Positions 50,853 to 61,619 of a DNA stretch of 64,000 nt are shown piece after piece (the first letter of the stretch is position 1; each line of letters opens with the position of its first letter). A program made the position numbers and the translations under genes. The stretch is from Felis catus (taxonomy: Eukaryota), in the NCBI RefSeq assembly GCF_018350175.1, contig NC_058368.1, positions 153,142,001 to 153,206,000 on the forward strand, written 5' to 3'. The notes under the pieces are model-generated. The model worked only from the letters and a program-made list of their open reading frames with translations. It had not been told where the DNA came from and made no database searches.

Positions 50853-51839
50853 TGGTGTTCTGAGTCCAGATTCCAATGTTTGTGTGTGGGGATGGAGTTT
50901 CCCCATACCACCAACAAGCAATTCTCAGGACACCAGCTGGGTGCCCTGCCACTGAACTCAATTCTAGCACTATCTGCTGGAGATAACATTAGATTCTACA
51001 AGCTAAAGTTTCAGTCCTACAGGACTGCTCCCCACCACCCCATTTCCGATAGTGGTCATAAGCCCAGGTTGTTACCTATACTCATGAGTGACTGGCTATA
51101 AATCAGAGGTCCCCAAGACCCCCTCCTCGGGGGACATCTGGGTGGCTCAGTCAGTTGAGCATCCAACTCTTGATCCCAGCTCAGGACCTAATCTTAGGGC
51201 TGTGAGTTCAAGCCCCACATTGGGTTCTGCACTGGGCTCCACCCTGGGGGTGAAGCCTACTTTAAAAAAAAAAAAAAAAAAGACCCCTTCCTGGGTTCAG
51301 TTAATCTGCTAGAGCAGCTCACAGAACTCAGAGAAACATTTTACTTACTAGATGACTGGTTTATTATAAAAGGATATAACAGGAACAGCCAGACAGAAGG
51401 TATGCACTGGGCAAGGCAGGGGTAAGGGCACAGAGCCTCCATGCTCTCCCCACGCTCTCCATTCTCCCCAAATCTCCATGTGTTCCCAACCTGGAAACTC
51501 TCTAAACCTAATCCTTTTGAGTTTCTATGGAAGCTTCATTCCATGGGCATGACTGATTAAATCACTGTGTGCCAGAGATTAAATCAACTTCCAGCCCCTC
51601 TCCTCTCCCTAGAGGTCAGAGGTAGGACTCAAAGTTCCAAATGTCTAATCACAGGGTTGGCTCCACTGGCAGCTGGTCCCTATCCTTAGGTACTTTCTAA
51701 AAGTCGCCTCATGAACACAACAAAAGACACCTTTATTGCTCTCCTCACTAGAGGAAATGCCAAGGGCTTTCGGAGATTTGTGTCAGAAACTAGATGGAAG
51801 ACCAAATCTATATTTCTTATTATAAATCACAATATCACA
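50853..51839 (-). mobile_element. Solo ERVL-class LTR (MER21-like), interrupted by a SINE
   Basis: Minus strand starts TGTGATATTGTGATTTATAATAAGAAATATAGATTTGGTC like recalled MER21; TG...CA termini; 5-bp TSD GG(T/C)AA 50848-50852 and 51840-51844. Confidence 0.85.
51131..51280 (+). mobile_element. Short Can-SINE inside the LTR
   Basis: TSD AAGACCCC(C/T)TCCT(C/G)GG. Confidence 0.9.
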
Positions 51840-52381
51840 GGCAATCGGCTTGTAGCACCGAGAGGCTGCCCCTTTCCTAAAATGTAGTAACCATTAAGAA
51901 ACCCAATTGCTCAGTATACCACCGACTTCAACTTTGTATATTAAAGATTTAATAAAATGAAGAAGATCCAACTACCAATATTTCAATCCTATTAATTTCA
52001 CACATATGCATAAAAAATGTAGAAAAGGGAAATTAATATATAAACTACAGAGATAACAGTCCATAATTCTTTAGGAAAAATGTAAGCAAGGGTAGAGAAA
52101 ACTGTTGTACCCTTTAGAACATATCTGAAAGAAATGGCCTGCTGTTTCTGTGTCCAGACTTTATAATTATTGACAAATCATATAAAGGATCACGTCATCC
52201 TTTGCCATGTGGGGGAATACACAAATTCACCGTTAACCATACAGACATTTCCTCGTACAAATATAGAATGTTTCCTTATATTTTAAGATTTTTTTTCAAA
52301 TATGCAATTTTGTTTCTTTGTCTTATAAATACTACATTTTTCTTATAAAAATTACAACCTTGGTTAAAATAATGTTGTAAA

Positions 52382-52603
52382 GGGGCACCTGGGTGGCTCA
52401 GGCCGTTAAGCGGTTAGGCATCCGACCTTGGCTCAGGTCATGATCTCATGGCTCAGGAGTTCAAGCCCCACGTTGGGCTCTGTGCTGACAGCTCAGAGCC
52501 TGGAGCCTGCTTCACATTCTGTGTCTCCTTCTCTCTCTGCCCTTCCCCCATTCACACTGTCTGTCTGTCGCTCTCTCTCACTCAAATAAACATTTAAAAA
52601 AAG
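52382..52603 (+). mobile_element. Can-SINE (felid type)
   Basis: Full body; TSD-like AATAATGT. Confidence 0.94.
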
Positions 52604-52628
52604 AATAATGTAAAATGTGCATTCTTTT

Positions 52629-52873
52629 TAAAGATTTTTTTTTCAACGTTTATTTATTTTGGGGACAGAGAGAGACAGAGCATGAACGGGGGAGGAGCAG
52701 AGAGAGAGGGAGACACAGAATCTGAAACAGGCTCCAGGCTCTGAGCCATCAGCCCAGAGCCTGACGCAGGGCTCGAACTCACGGACCGCGAGATCGTGAC
52801 CTGGCTGAAGTCGGCCGCTTAACCGACTGCGCCACCCAGGCGCCCCCTTTTTTTTTTTTTAAGATTTTTTTTT
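52629..52873 (-). mobile_element. Young SINEC_Fc-type SINE with an extra tail copy beyond its head
   Basis: CpG-rich body 52644-52847, then T13-AAGA-T9; outer TSD AATGTGCATTCTTTT 52614-52628 and 52874-52888. Confidence 0.95.
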
Positions 52874-52904
52874 AATGTGCATTCTTTTATAAAGGTGGTA
52901 AATT

Positions 52905-53120
52905 AAAAAAAAAAATTTTAACGTTTATTTATTTTTGAGACAGAGAGAGACAGAGCACAAATGGGGGAGGGGCAGAGAGAGGGAGATACAGAATCTGAAA
53001 CAGGCTCCAGGCTCTGAGCTGTCAGCACAGAGCCCGACTTGGGGCTTGAACTCACGGACCAGGAGATCATGACCTCAGCTGAAGTTGGCCGCTTAACCGA
53101 CTGAGCCACCCAGGCGCCCC
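52905..53120 (-). mobile_element. Can-SINE (felid type)
   Basis: Perfect TSD TAAAGGTGGTAAATT 52890-52904 and 53121-53135. Confidence 0.96.
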
Positions 53121-53707
53121 TAAAGGTGGTAAATTTTAAAGTAAAAGGACAAACCACAATCTGTATGAAAAATTTGCAAAACTACATAATGGAGACCAAC
53201 ATTTGGGGCTTGGGGTTTAGTTTGCTAATTTTATCAGATTTTTTTTTTTAGATATAACTATTGCCTAAGATACTTACATTAAAACTTTTTTCAAACCAAT
53301 AAAATAGTTAAATGTGTCATGCTTTTATATATACCCCCAAAGCTTTAAACACACACTCAGAGTTCAGCTTTTATTGTCTTTCCCATAACATGCCTTTCAT
53401 CTCCTCCCACTATAGGTGGTGGTTGCTCCAACTTAACAGCCTATAAACATTTGTTATTACATACCCTCATACACTTACCTATGTGGGATGAGTCATGGAG
53501 CAGCTGCCTAAGAGCACCCCAATTCAAGTCTTCCAGAATTTCTGGGAAGATGTAGTAAGGAAATGGCATAGATGATTCCATTTTACTCATTTCTTAGTTA
53601 AGAGTAAGCCCTTAAGATGTAGAAGCTGTTCTTAAAGGTATTCTGATTTTGCTTGCCCTTATTTTTCTAGGTACCAGGTAATACAGGGGTTTTTTTTAGA
53701 CTTCATA

Positions 53708-54250
53708 TATTCACTCATCTGCTCAACAAATATTTATGAAGAACTTGGTCTTTGCAGGGTACTGAGCTGGGCTCATTTCAGTGAATAAATCCCGCTGTCT
53801 TGCTTTTGGAAGCTTACAGTCTACAGTGTGATGTAGGAGACCAACTAGAAAGCTAGCCGTTATGATAGAGCATAACAAGTGCCATGAAGCAGGTGCACAG
53901 GCTGCGGTGATAATGTTGGGTAGCCCATACCCAACCCAGTATGGGCTAGTGGGGTGTCCACAGAAGAATCTGTGTCCTGGAAGAAGCTGGTACTGGACTG
54001 ATGAGTAGAGCTAGCCAGATCAGGGGAGCAAAAGAGCAGCAGAGGAAAAAGCAAGGCAAACCTGAGAGAAAAGCACAGCACATGTGGAGGAATGGAAGGA
54101 AAGTGCCTGGTGATTGAGTATGCCTGGAGTGTGCAGTCTCAGGCAGGGAGTGGTGACAGGCGAGGCTCAAGACACAGAAGGCTTTATTAGCCAAGTTACG
54201 AAATTTTATTCTGAACTCTGAAGGTATTGGGAACCACTGAAGCATTAACA
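53708..54250 (-). mobile_element. L2 relic
   Basis: TCAACAAATATTTATGAAG...GGAAGCTTACAGTCTAC...TTTTATTCTGAACTCTGAAGGTATTGGGAACCACTGAAG. Confidence 0.75.
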
Positions 54251-54590
54251 CCCACCATTTTTGTGAAATGACTCCATAAAAAATAAACCCTGTCAACAGT
54301 GAAGAAACTGCTACTCATGCCTTAAGAAAGATAGTCAAGAGTTACATTTAGAATCACACTTAAGGCAGAATAGCACCTTGGTTTGTATTCTCTATCAGTT
54401 CTGGGAAAGAAGTGGTTCTTAGCCATGTAAAATATTCAACTGCAAAGATCCTGCTTGGCCTTAAAATGTTATTTCTCTGAACACAACCTGGTGGCAGACC
54501 ACCTCAACTGGTAGGAATGTGCTGTACAAAGAAATCAACCAAGTTGAGGATGAGACTAACTTTGTGAAAATCCTTTTAACAATAAAAATA

Positions 54591-54778
54591 GGGGCGCCTG
54601 GGTGGCTCAGTCGGTTAAACATCCGGCTTCGGCTCATGATCTCATGGTCCGTGAGTTTGAGACCCGTGTCGGGCTCTGTGCTGACAGCTCAGAGCCTGGA
54701 GCCTGTTTCGGATTCTGTGTCTCCCTCTCTGGGCCTCCCCCACTCGTGTCCTGTCTCCCTCTGTCTTAAAAAAAATAA
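54591..54778 (+). mobile_element. Can-SINE (felid type)
   Basis: GGGGCGCCTGGGTGGCTCAGTCGG head; TSD AATAAAAATA. Confidence 0.94.
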
Positions 54779-54839
54779 AAATAAAAATATCACCCTATAT
54801 TTATAAAGCGTATGTATAGCTTAAAAATACACATATTTA

Positions 54840-55050
54840 TTTGAGCCTCATATTAATCTATTGAGGTAACTGATATTGATATTGTTATTATACAGATGAA
54901 AAACTGAGGTTCATATAAATAAAGAATACCTCAATATAATAGTATTTATAGCAAGCTGCCCAGCTACTTATAGTAATTAGTATATAATTATACTTACTAT
55001 ATTAATATTATTTAGTAGAGATTCAGTTCCAAGATATCTGACTTTAAATC
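54840..55050 (-). mobile_element. MIR fragments
   Basis: TACAGATGAAAAACTGAGGTTC and GATTCAGTTCCAAGATATCTGACTTTAAA. Confidence 0.6.
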
Positions 55051-55631
55051 CCATTCTCCACAAAAGAATGATTATAAGCAGTAAAGAGAATTAAGTTTAG
55101 GGCTATACTAAAATCTTTGTTTAGATTTTTTTTTGTTAAATTATCAGTCACAAGAATTGAACACTCTACTTCCTTAAATAGTAGAAGATAATAATGTCCT
55201 TGGACTCCAAATATAAAACAATATAATACTTGTTTGCTATTTTTTGTGTTTGTTTGGGCTAAGGAAGAGAAATACTCTATTCAAAATGTTCTTTTTTAAA
55301 AAATAAAAGGAAAAGAATATTGACTTGAGGTTCTGGTAATTAAAAGAAGCACTACTAGAAAGTTTATCTTTCACTACTATAACATGTTTAACATTTCTGA
55401 AGAATTGGCTGTGGAGTAAATACATGAAACGAAATCTTTTTTTCCCTTTGAGGTCACTCACAAGACAGATAATACATGCTCACATACGAAACTTGGTATT
55501 GCAAAGTTGAAAAATTCCATCAAGAAAGATGTTGGAGAGTGTGGACCTACATCATAGCTTAATTTTATTTACATACTTCATACTTTTAACTCTAAGTTCT
55601 CTGAAGCAGGTACTGCATCTTTTACATTGTT

Positions 55632-55816
55632 GGAGCACTGGGTGGCTCAGTCAGTTAAGCATCCAACTTTTGATTTTGGGTCATCATGATCTCATGGTTC
55701 ATGAGTTTGAGCCCCACATCAGGCTCTGTGCTGACAGTGTGGGACCTACTTGGGATTGTCTCTCTCTCCTTCTGTCTCTGCCCATCTCTGCCCTGCTGTC
55801 TCTCAAATAAATAAAT
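55632..55816 (+). mobile_element. Can-SINE
   Basis: GGAGCACTGGGTGGCTCAG head, B box, AAAT tail. Confidence 0.9.
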
Positions 55817-56344
55817 ACAGTATGTATATTTCTCGTATGAATCATAGAATTTCCCATGCATTGGACAGTGAAAAACTTCCAAAAGAGTGCTATACAACAT
55901 TATTTGAAGAAAGATAAAATATTTGGAAGAGCATCCCCAGCTTTCAGTAAGACCAGTCACTGGACCCATCTTCTGCTTCGCTCAGTTCCCCATTAGGCAG
56001 TGATCTGAGCTGTGGACATGAAGTTCTCTTGGAGAGAGGACTGAGCCTGTCTGCTCACTGCCTGCGTGGAAACTACAGTGCCCTCCTAGATAGACGCTCA
56101 GCTATTCCGTATTCACTCAGTGAAGGAATCAAAGATGGTTCGGAAAGAATTTAAATTGCAGACCATCCTCATGTCAAGAAGGCTGGCTGGAATCTGGGTT
56201 TTATATTAGGATATACCCAGTAGCTCTTCTGTGTCAAATAGGATAGCTTTGACAATGCTGGGCCCTTAATTGAGCCCTAGCTAGCCCTGCTAAACTGCCA
56301 TGGAATGCATTGTCATTGACCCTTGAGTGAAAGGGGGTGATGTT

Positions 56345-56431
56345 AATAAAAATGCCAAGACAAGAGGCTAAACTAGGAATCCCAAGCAAGCCAGGATTGT
56401 CCCAGGCAGACCAGGATCTCAGGTTACCCTA
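56345..56431. mobile_element. hAT-Blackjack relic (MER81/MER94-like)
   Basis: CCAGGATTGTCCCAGGCAGACCAGGATCTCAGGTTACCCTA resembles the recalled terminal ...GGTCACCCTA. Confidence 0.5.
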
Positions 56432-56724
56432 GCAATTGCCCAACTATAAATCCCATCTTCAGCTTAAAAAAAAAAAAAAAAAAAAATGCTTACACATGAA
56501 AACATGTCCTTACATAATTAACGGGTTGGAGAAAATAAACCCTCTGTAGAAACTGTAGTTTTAAGAAAGTTCCTATCCAACATAGAGTGGTTATTTCTGA
56601 GTGTTAGGATTTGGTGTAAATTTTGGAGGTTTTCTGGCTTCTCTGTATTTTTTTTTCCTTTCTTCTTTCCCCTCAGCAATAAATGTTAACAATGAATTAG
56701 GGCTGCTTTATATTTTTGTCCTTT

Positions 56725-56966
56725 AATGTTTTTCTATTTATTTATTCATTTACTTATTTATTTATTTTTGAGAGAGGCAGAGACAGAGCATGGCAGACAG
56801 AGGCAGAGACAGAGGCAGAAAGAGAGGGAGACACAGAATCTGAAGGAGGCTCCAGGCTCTGAGCTGTCAGCAGAAAGCTGTATGTGGGGCTCAAACTTAA
56901 CAAGCCGCAAGATCATGACCTGAGCTGAAGTCAGACGCTTAACCAACTGAGCCACCCAGATGCCCC
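56725..56966 (-). mobile_element. Can-SINE
   Basis: TSD TATT(T/C)TTG(T/C)CCTTT. Confidence 0.94.
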
Positions 56967-57542
56967 TATTCTTGCCCTTTAAAATTAAAATATCCATAGA
57001 ACTTTTTTAGAATTTTGATAGTAAATCAAATACTTCACGGAGCATTTGTCCTTACTAAGTAGCTCTTTAATCATCAGACACAAGAGTATTTGAAAATCGT
57101 AACAAAGAATATTTCACAATATATATTCTGGTTCTTAATATCTGGAATTATTTCTGATTTCTGTTTAGATGCTATATTACCTTAAATCTATAAATGTGAA
57201 AATTTCCAGAAGTGTGATACCTTAAAGAATTTTTATATGCTGGTGAGAGGTCCCAGAATTTGCCAGTTTTGCCAGTTGTAGTTGGAAAGCTATTCCTGTC
57301 TCCTCAGTGCATGATTTACACCTGTGTGTCTCAGTAAAGCAAAACATAGGATGTTGAGTTCCACATTTCTATAAAAGTCTACAAAAACTATGTCATTATT
57401 TTGAAATTGATTCACCTGATTCACCTGTTTCTAAAACAAGGCCATTTAGATTGTCTTTGATATTTGATTAACCATGTCGTGATGACAAATTTCTTAAAAG
57501 TTTACTAGATTTTTTTTTTCCTTTTTAAAAGCAATATAACAA

Positions 57543-57774
57543 GGGGCACCTGGATGGCTCAATCGGTCAAGCATTAGACTCTTAGTTTTAGCTCAGGTCA
57601 TGATGTCATGGTTTCATGAGTTCGAGCCCCACATCAGGCTTTACACTGATGGTGTGGATCCTGCTTAGGATTCTCTCTCTTTCCCTCTCTCTCTCTGCCC
57701 CTCCCCTGCTCACACACACTCTCTCTCAAAAATAAATAAGTAAACTTAAAAAAAATTTTTTTTAATTAAAAAAA
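57543..57774 (+). mobile_element. Can-SINE inserted in the 5' TSD of the FTL retrocopy
   Basis: Flanked by GCAATATAACA and GCAGTATAACA. Confidence 0.93.
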
Positions 57775-57786
57775 AAGGCAGTATAA

Positions 57787-57973
57787 CACGTTGGAACCTT
57801 GGGAGCCCGGCAACCTTTGAGAGGCCCCTCTGGCATCCCCCTGGTGCCAGGGCTTTGCCTGAGCCTCTTCCTTAACCACTAGGCAGCTTTTTAACCACCC
57901 TGGAGCCCTTGCCCAAACTGTGGACCAAATGGAAACAATAAAGGTTGTCGTAGCAAAAAAAAAAAAAAAAAAA
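57787..57973 (+). pseudogene. FTL: 5'-truncated processed retrocopy of ferritin light chain mRNA (essentially 3'UTR + poly(A))
   Basis: ...GAGCCCGGCAACCTTTGAGAGGCCCC...AGGGCTTTGCCTGAGCCTC...CCACTAGGCAGCTTTTTAAC...TGGACCAAATGGAAACAATAAAG matches the recalled mammalian FTL 3'UTR. AATAAA 57937-57942; A19 tail 57955-57973; TSD AAAGCAATATAA (57528-57539 and 57971-57982, degenerate copy at about 57775-57786). Confidence 0.85.
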
Positions 57974-58499
57974 GCAATATAAAAGATTTAGAAGTCCACT
58001 AGTTATGTGTTTGGCTGACTATCTGCTTCCAGCAACTTGTGGAACAGGAATAAGTCAGGAACACAAAAATTGGGCATCTCCGGAAGGGACCTTGGTGTCA
58101 GAGAAGATGTAAAATTGACAGGAAGGCACAGCCACATTAATCCATCATGGTAGAAAATGTATTGAACATTCATTCAGTATCTTCAGATGGAATACCTGAT
58201 TTAGTTTTCAGTTTAAAGGAACTGGCCTCTGTGCTGTATAGTCTTTTGCTCTAAATAAGAATAATAATGAATGAAGTAGGTGGGGGGAGGGGAATCACTC
58301 CCATCCAGTTTCACATATACTTAACAAACTAGCTGATACCATTTCAAGAATCCAGTGATTCCCTATCCTCAGGGTACTTTTTCTGGACAGCACTATATAT
58401 TATATATATTTCAGTCTGTTCTCACTATTCTTTTTTGTCATTGTTTCCCCCAGAGATGTTAGTTATACCTGAAATAAACAAGTGCCTCTTTTTGCTTCT

Positions 58500-58830
58500 T
58501 CTTGATGTCTTTTTTTGACAATGTGGACCACCTCACTCTTCTGGAACAGAATCTTCTCTTGGCTTCCCTCGGTATAGTTAGTTGTAGCTGTCCTCCGCCC
58601 TGACCTCTCAGTTGTTTGTTTATTTCACTGGTTTCTCTTCCTGTTAATGTCCTTCTGCTGTTTTTAATCCTGAGCACTCAGCCATTTTCTCTTTACCGTG
58701 TCTTTCTTAAAAGAATCCTATAACGATGTTGCTTCTGCTTTTACTACTGCACAGCTTTTTCCACACTTATGCCTCTAACCTTGCCTTCTCTCCTGATCTC
58801 CAGTCTAGTACTTAAAATAATCTTACATGT
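58500..58830 (+). mobile_element. L2 relic
   Basis: TTTGACAATGTGGACCAC...CTTCTCTTGGCTTCC...TTCTCTCCTGATCTCCAG. Confidence 0.5.
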
Positions 58831-59084
58831 TTTCACTTCTACGTATGTGATGTTTAACTTAGTTTCCACAGTAAAGTGATTCCTTCCCCTGTTTTTATTG
58901 GCACTGGGTTTTCCCAGTTTTCCCCCTTTTCATCATTATCAACACAATTCTTTGTTCGACTACCACTGTCCAAACAATTGAGCTTAATCTATAGAATGGT
59001 TAACCAATCTCTGAATGCTAGATTCTTAAATCCTTCAAAAAGACTTTTTAAAGGATGTTGACAAGAGCCATGTTTAAAAGTACT

Positions 59085-59264
59085 AGTAAAGAATGGGTTT
59101 TACATTTATATATGTTGGGGAAAAAATAGAAAAGAGAATATTTTGTGACATGTGGAAATGGTATGAAATTAAAATTTTCAGATTGTTTTTGACAAAGACT
59201 GTTATGTCCTAAGTCTAAAATGTTTACTATGTGATTCTTCTCAGAAAAAGTTTGCTGACCCTTG
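59085..59264 (+). mobile_element. MER58-like hAT-Charlie relic
   Basis: GAATGGGTTTTACATTT...AATATTTTGTGACATGTGGAAA...GAAAAAGTTTGCTGACCC. Confidence 0.75.
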
Positions 59265-59332
59265 GTTTAAAAGATTAGTTTCCAATTTGTTAAAACAACA
59301 AATTCAAAACTCTGGTTTGTCCTCAAGCTTTT

Positions 59333-59547
59333 TTTTTTTTTCAACGTTTATTTCTTTTTTTGGGGACAGAGAGAGACAGAGCATGAACGGGGGAGGGGCA
59401 GAGAGAGAGGGAGACACAGAATCGGAAACAGGCTCCAGGCTCCGAGCCATCAGCCCAGAGCCCGACGCGGGGCTCAAACTCACGGACCGCGAGATCGTGA
59501 CCTGGGTGAAGTCGGACGCTTAACCGACTGCGCCACCCAGGCGCCCC
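59333..59547 (-). mobile_element. Young SINEC_Fc-type Can-SINE
   Basis: CpGs intact; perfect TSD TGTCCTCAAGCTTTT 59318-59332 and 59548-59562. Confidence 0.97.
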
Positions 59548-59579
59548 TGTCCTCAAGCTTTTAAGAAGCAAGGTGGTTA

Positions 59580-60012
59580 CACACCCATGAAACCACAATC
59601 ATTCCCATCACCCTAGAAGATTCCTAGGCCCACCTGCAGAACATCTCTCCCTCCTGGCAACCACTGGTCTGTTTTCTGTCTCTCTATATAAATTTGTATG
59701 TTCTAGGATTTTGTGTCAATAGAGTGTGTACTCATTTGTGTCTGGCTTTTTTTACCCAGCATATTTTGAGATTCATTGATGTTGTTATGTGTATCAATAG
59801 TTTTTTTTTTCTATGTTTATTTATTTTTGAGAGAGAGAGCAAGTGGGGAGGGGGAAACAGAGAGGAGAGAGAGAATCCCAAGCAAACTCTGTGCTGTCAG
59901 TGCAGAGCCCAGCTTGGAGCTCATTCCCACAAACCGTGGGCTGAGCTGAAATCAAGAGACAGCTGCTTAACTGACTGAGCCACCCAGGCGCCCCAGTAGT
60001 TTGTTCCTTTTT
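59580..60012 (-). mobile_element. Old L1 (L1ME-like) 3' region split by a SINE
   Basis: CCTGGCAACCACTGGTCTGTTTTCTGTC...TTTTGAGATTCATTGATGTTGTTATGTGTATCAATAGTTT/GTTCCTTTT. Confidence 0.75.
59804..59993 (-). mobile_element. Can-SINE
   Basis: TSD CA(A/G)TAGTTT. Confidence 0.92.
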
Positions 60013-60116
60013 TTTTTTTTTGAGTTTTTTTTTGAAGTTTATTGTATAATAATTGGCAAATAAGATTGTAAGATACCTATAGTGTATATCATGGCAGTTT
60101 GATATACATATACACA
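60013..60116 (-). mobile_element. L1 extreme 3' end (L1MA/carnivore-like)
   Basis: T tail, TTTATTGTATAATAATTGGCAAATAAGATTGT...GTTTGATATACATATACAC. Confidence 0.55.
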
Positions 60117-60717
60117 TCAGCAATGGGCCATTTTGACTCATGTTTGTAGTTGGCTGGACACTTTGCAAACTTTTTACCATTAGACAAAACTAAAAGCAAA
60201 CTTTTGAATAATCTTTTCTGCATAGAAAAACCAACCAGAGAGCATAAAGACAATTTACTAATTATTTTGTTACTGTTGTTGTTATTATTATTCATATTAT
60301 TTCCATGTGCAAACTTTGAGTATTTCCAGTGCCTGTGGCAGAGGTTTCTCAGAATAAACCAAAAATAGGTTCAAATTATATTCTTAAAGAGTATTTATAG
60401 ATATAACAAGATTTAAATAAATAATCATGGTGCAGTTTGGTATTTTTATCATCTTAATTTAAAAAATATGTTTTACATTCAAAATTTCTTCCAACTGGAT
60501 TCTCTTCACCTCTTCTTATTAAAACCATAAAAAAATTATTCTGATTCCAAACCTCCTCTATATTATTTAGTTCCATCTCTCTACTATTATGACCACCTCT
60601 AGCCTTCTCTATCCCTCAGTCCTACCACCCAATTCAATCTGTACTTCTGAAATTTTTCTAATCTGGGGGCTCTCAAAGCAGGGAGTTACTGGGGTCAGGG
60701 ATTTGTGTTCTTATAAC

Positions 60718-60752
60718 AACACACACACACATAAACACACACACACACACAC
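60718..60752. repeat. Interrupted (CA)n microsatellite
   Basis: (AC)n-ATAA-(AC)n. Confidence 0.9.
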
Positions 60753-61140
60753 CTTAATTTTTCTTCTGTCTTGGCAGAAATAGTCTGGCTCCTGATAAGT
60801 AATATGACTGATAAGTGTTCCATGCTTTGAAACTTAACAGAAGCATGATGAACAATAAGAGTGTCAGAGGTGAACCTTCTTCTTTAGAAGAAGGTTCAAG
60901 AGAAAAGGCTGAAGGAACAGGGATCATGTCTGGAGATAAGATTGCTGAGGCAAAACATAATAATTGTCTTTTGTTTCATGAATATTTATCACAAAGAAAC
61001 CTGACCAATGTTTCTTGTGTCCATTAAGTGACATGCAGGGAAATACGTCCTTAAACTGTAGGTAGAAACTTTGCCTGAAAACATAATCTTGTCTGTACTC
61101 TAGATATATATGGTAAAAAGCATATAGAATTGTTATTCCT

Positions 61141-61382
61141 GGGGCGCCAGGGTGGCTAAGTCGGTTGAGCGTCCGACTTTGGCCCAGGTCCTGATCTCAG
61201 AATTTGTTGGCTCAAGCCCCGCATCCGGCTCTGTGCTGACAGCTCAGAGCCTGGAGACTGCTTCTGATTCTTTGACTCCCTCTTTCTCTGAGCCTCCCCC
61301 ACTCACGATCTGACTCTGTCTCTCAAAAACAAATTAAAATGTTAAAAAAAAAGAAAGAAAGAAACTTGTTTTTTTAAAAAAG
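61141..61382 (+). mobile_element. Can-SINE (felid type)
   Basis: TSD GAATTGTTATTCCT 61127-61140 and 61383-61396. Confidence 0.95.
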
Positions 61383-61429
61383 GAATTGTTATTCCTAAGA
61401 ATTACAAAATTTAGAACAGACATCTTTCT

Positions 61430-61619
61430 GGGCACCTCAGTAGCTTAGTTGGTTGTGCGTCCAGCTTTGGCTCATGTCATGATCTTGTGGTTCATGAGTT
61501 CAAGATCCACATCAGGCTCACTGCTGTCAGCGCAGAGCTCGCTTCGGATCCTCTGTCCCCCTCTCGTTGCCCCTTGCCGCTTGTGCTCTCTCAAAAATAA
61601 ATTTAAAACATGAAAAAAA
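61430..61619 (+). mobile_element. Can-SINE
   Basis: TSD AGAACAG(A/T)CATCTTTC. Confidence 0.93.
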
